This document shows positions 60,976 through 64,000 of a stretch of 64,000 nucleotides of DNA, piece by piece. Under the pieces are notes generated by a model. It was not told the DNA's origin. It saw only the letters and a list, made by a program, of their open reading frames with translations, and made no database searches. The DNA is from Camelus dromedarius. Lineage: Eukaryota. Position 1 is the first letter of the stretch. Every line of letters begins with the position of its first letter. The stretch is from assembly GCF_036321535.1 (NCBI RefSeq), contig NC_087437.1, forward strand, positions 69,566,001-69,630,000. Direction: 5' to 3'. The translations under genes were made by a program, and so were the position numbers.

Positions 60976-61152
60976 AGTTTGCCATTGTCTGTGGTTCTTT
61001 CCACTTGACTTTCTCAGGGTGCTCTTTATCCCACATCATTTTCACGGAAAACAGAGGAGTCATCTCTCTGGGCCTCTCATATTTTCAGCTCATCCATCAT
61101 CCTCAGAATCAAGACTTTCTTCATCTGAAACTGAGCATGGTAACAAAATTGC
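60976..61152 (-). pseudogene. Decayed exon, 177 nt, phase 2-2
   Basis: ctcatttaacag|G...AAACT|gtaatc. Reads QFCYHAQFQMKKVLILRMMDELKI*EAQRDDSSVFRENDVG*RAP*ESQVERTTDNGK. Weak donor, frame choice ambiguous. Confidence 0.4.
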
Positions 61153-61440
61153 CTGTTAAATGAGATTTACTTCCTCTGTTTCCTTCCTCCCTCTTCTCTC
61201 CTTTCCCATTTCCCAAATAGGATACAGCCAAAGAGTCTGTCAGCTGTCTGGCAAAATTATTATGGATTGGAAGACTACCATAGGGATTCTGATTCATTAA
61301 ACCAACAGAAAACCCTTGTCTGGAAGTGTAGTATGACCACATAAAGACTTATGCTTCCATCTTTTGTTTATCAAATTATCCTCTTATATTATTTTCTTTT
61401 TCAAGATTACATTTAACTTTCCAGAAACTATTATTCTCTT

Positions 61441-61500
61441 TTTTTCCCATTGATGAATTTTTTTTTTCCATTGGTGAATTTTTCCCCATTGGTAAATTGG
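61441..61500. repeat. Three-copy ~20-bp tandem repeat
   Basis: tttttcccattgatgaa / ttttttttttccattggtgaa / tttttccccattggtaaa. Confidence 0.8.
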
Positions 61501-61901
61501 TATATTTGGTCTCATCCACACCTTGTCCTTATTTCCAAATACATAATTCAGTGCTCAGTTTTTGCAGTTTTTTCTCTTAAAGCCTGACCAATTTTCTAAT
61601 CCTACCCATCATATGTACATAACACTTTCAATACCATTCCCCAAATATGGCTAGAACAAGGAAGGGAAAACATAACATGTTCTAGCTGGTATGTACCTTA
61701 GAGATTGAGTCTGGAATTTTTATTTTTAGAAAATGGTGTAGGGGCTCATATAAGCCAATTAATTTGTCCCAGGCTACAGAGCTGGTCAGTGACATACCCG
61801 GGACTATCACCTACAAAATTCCTCTACATATAGAAGCAGAGTCAGACTTAAGTAATCTGTGCAGAAAAGAAAACAGTTTGACTTAATGTCAGAACACATA
61901 C

Positions 61902-62179
61902 TCTATCTGCTCAAACCATTAGTTCATCAAGTACTGCTAGTTTACATAATGCCCTGTCCAACTTCTCAGGGTCCAAAGGTTCAAATAAAATATAGTACAC
62001 TTGTATTTTACATAGGACTTTTATTTGGTTCAATAGTACATTTAGAACACAGTGTAAACTACACATTTAAGGAAACCATTTGGGAGAACTATTTTAGGGT
62101 GAATAAATGTAAACTTTTGATTTCCAAGGCCATATTCAAAAGACATTGGTAGAATTATGTATTCCATTGTAAAACTTCC
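61902..62179 (-). pseudogene. Decayed exon (most 5' one seen)
   Basis: gttccag|GGA...GATAGA|gtatgt. Reads GSFTMEYIILPMSFEYGLGNQKFTFIHPKIVLPNGFLKCVVYTVF*..., then frameshift to LFEPLDPEKLDRALCKLAVLDELMV*ADR. Confidence 0.5.
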
Positions 62180-62229
62180 CTGGAACACTGCTAGTGCCTC
62201 AAGCTACTGCTCCATCTTTCCTTTTTCCT

Positions 62230-63420
62230 TAGTGTCAACATTGTGAAAAGGATGGATTAGATTTACTATCCCTGCTTCCTTGGCCCATATTAATTCTACT
62301 TGCTGACTGCTGTCCCAAACACTCTACTGTTTTCTCCCTAGAAAGTTACCAACACCAACAGCACTGCAGCTTTTGACACTGTTGACTCCTCTCCGTGTCC
62401 TGTAACACTTCGCCAAGGTTCTGCTAACTCTTTAGCTGGCTGTTCATCTCCTTGTCACCTGAATATAGATACTCCTTATTTTTCTGCCAGTGATCTTCTC
62501 TCCCTACATGTTCTTCCAGAGCTGCTCTATGCCTATATAGTCCAGAGTTTAAAAGCAGACTGTTCTGAACTCTAGACCTGAATTTCTCTGCTGACTGATT
62601 ATTTTACCTGGGTGTCTATCAGATACCTCAGTTTCAACATGGCCAGTAGATCTTTTTGCATGACAACTAGTTTCTCTTAATATTAATAATTCTTTCTCTA
62701 CTCTTCTAGCATTATCCTGATTTTTCTTTCTCCTTTGTTTCCTAAATTTAGTCATCCACAAATCCTGTTAATCTTCTCTCTGTAACAGCTTTCAAGCCAT
62801 CCCATCCTTTTCATTGTCACTATCATTACCACTTGCTTGAGCAAGAGCTGTAGAGTTGCAACTGATCTTTCCCACTTCCAGTCTCTCCATCTCCAAACCA
62901 TTCAAAGTTAGCACTGCAGAGTCAAATTTTCTAATGCTCTGAATCTCTCCTCTTGTCACTACACCACGAACAACCTTCAGTGGTTTCCCACTGCTGTCCT
63001 AGTAGAGTCCATACTCAGTTTGGCATGCATGACAGAGACAGCACCTTCTCATCCGTGTCCAGACTTAGATCACTCCCTTTTGTGAGTTCTGTGCTCTGGC
63101 CCTCCTCAACTACTAGCTCTCACTTCACTCACTCTGATCCCCCTCCTTTGTTTTGTCTTTCTTCCCCCGAGTCATTCTCAGTTAAAGCGATGCTCAAGGA
63201 CTGGTTCCGTTTCAGCTCTTTCATCTAACAACCGTATCACCTCCTATCTTCATTATGTGCTCATTGTTCAGCATGTTGTTTGTGCCAGTGATTTATCTCT
63301 TCATTTGAATTGAATTGTATTTCTTCAATTGAATGTGCATTCCCTGGCCATTTCACGCTTACTTATCCAGTGACTTGTACATTGTTAGGAATCAGAAAAT
63401 ATTTTTGATCGGATGAATAT
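62230..63420 (+). mobile_element. LINE2 fragment
   Basis: gcagcttttgacactgttgac, acctgggtgtctatcagatacctc, catccacaaatcctgtta; L2-like tail near 63400. Confidence 0.75.
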
Positions 63421-63534
63421 TCCCCTAGTAAATGAAGTAATGATATAGACACGATTCTTTAAATGACTACCATGTTAGAAAAGACAAAGAACTGATAAAC
63501 ATAGACTATCTAGAGATGATGTACAGAACTGTAC

Positions 63535-63860
63535 CATGTATTTTGATTTTTCCTCCAGATTGACCACCCTGTGATCTTTCTAATGTATAAGTTGTACTGT
63601 GTGTACAAAACAGCATCTGGATAATGGTTCTTTAGGCTTTAGCTTTAGCTACAAACCGTTTCTCCTTTCTATCCATGATAGTCAGTGATTCTGGAATCCA
63701 CCCTGCAATCTTATCCCACATCTGAGCCTTTGTACACATTTTCTCACTGCCTGGAATGACCTACACCCTTTTCTTCCAAAGAAACTTTTCCTATAAAAAC
63801 CATATCCTTTCAGGGCCAGCTAAAATTGCAATTCCTCTATAAAAATGTTCCCTGTCAGTC
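63535..63860 (+). mobile_element. LINE2 fragment
   Basis: ctgagcctttgtacacattttctcactgcctggaatg. Confidence 0.55.
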
Positions 63861-64000
63861 AGAATACATAGACGTTAAGAGTGTGGGCACTGTGGTCAGA
63901 AGACTCAGGCCCACAATTTTCACATTCTTCCTTATATTGTCTTTCTATAATTTAAGTTCATATCTATTTCAACCACTGCGTTGTCATATGTTCAAAGCCA

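Larger units (their letters stand above)
27500..62179 (-). pseudogene. Large non-processed (candidate unitary) multi-exon pseudogene, family not recognised
   Basis: More than 20 minus-strand exon-like segments with AG acceptors and mostly GT donors, protein-like translations with 0-6 stops each, and phase-compatible junctions in chains (60207-60362 through 55050-55247; 48647-48839 to 48389-48482; 47321-47615 to 46358-46575; 44256-44469 to 42844-43043). Both ends are uncertain. Confidence 0.7.

Noticed and set aside
42844..62179. Naming the fossil gene (EVC/EVC2-like, CCDC162-like, DTHD1-like)
   Set aside because: The resemblance is only compositional. I found no motif I can match with confidence, so no symbol is assigned.

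Overview
This is AT-rich mammalian (eutherian) genomic DNA. I found no intact protein-coding gene, RNA gene or CRISPR array. Much of it is ancient interspersed repeat (L2, MIR, L3/CR1, MER5, MER20, MLT1/MLT2 LTRs, old L1M), plus two short younger L1 3' ends. Those L1 ends, and the lack of recognisable Alu/B1/BovB/PRE1/Can-SINE copies, suggest a cetartiodactyl, most likely a camelid. The main discovery is a long-dead multi-exon gene on the minus strand, hidden between the repeats and missed by the ORF track. It shows as a series of exon-sized segments with AG acceptors, GT donors, protein-like translations with scattered stops or frameshifts, and matching intron phases across consecutive junctions. 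It is best supported from about 62.2 kb down to 42.8 kb, probably runs on to about 27.5 kb, and may go lower. The ancestral product looks large, with one candidate hydrophobic segment and charged helical regions further C-terminal. I could not identify the family. Several candidate enhancer-like elements, nested transposons and small palindromes are also reported. Repeat subfamily names and boundaries were called by eye and are approximate.
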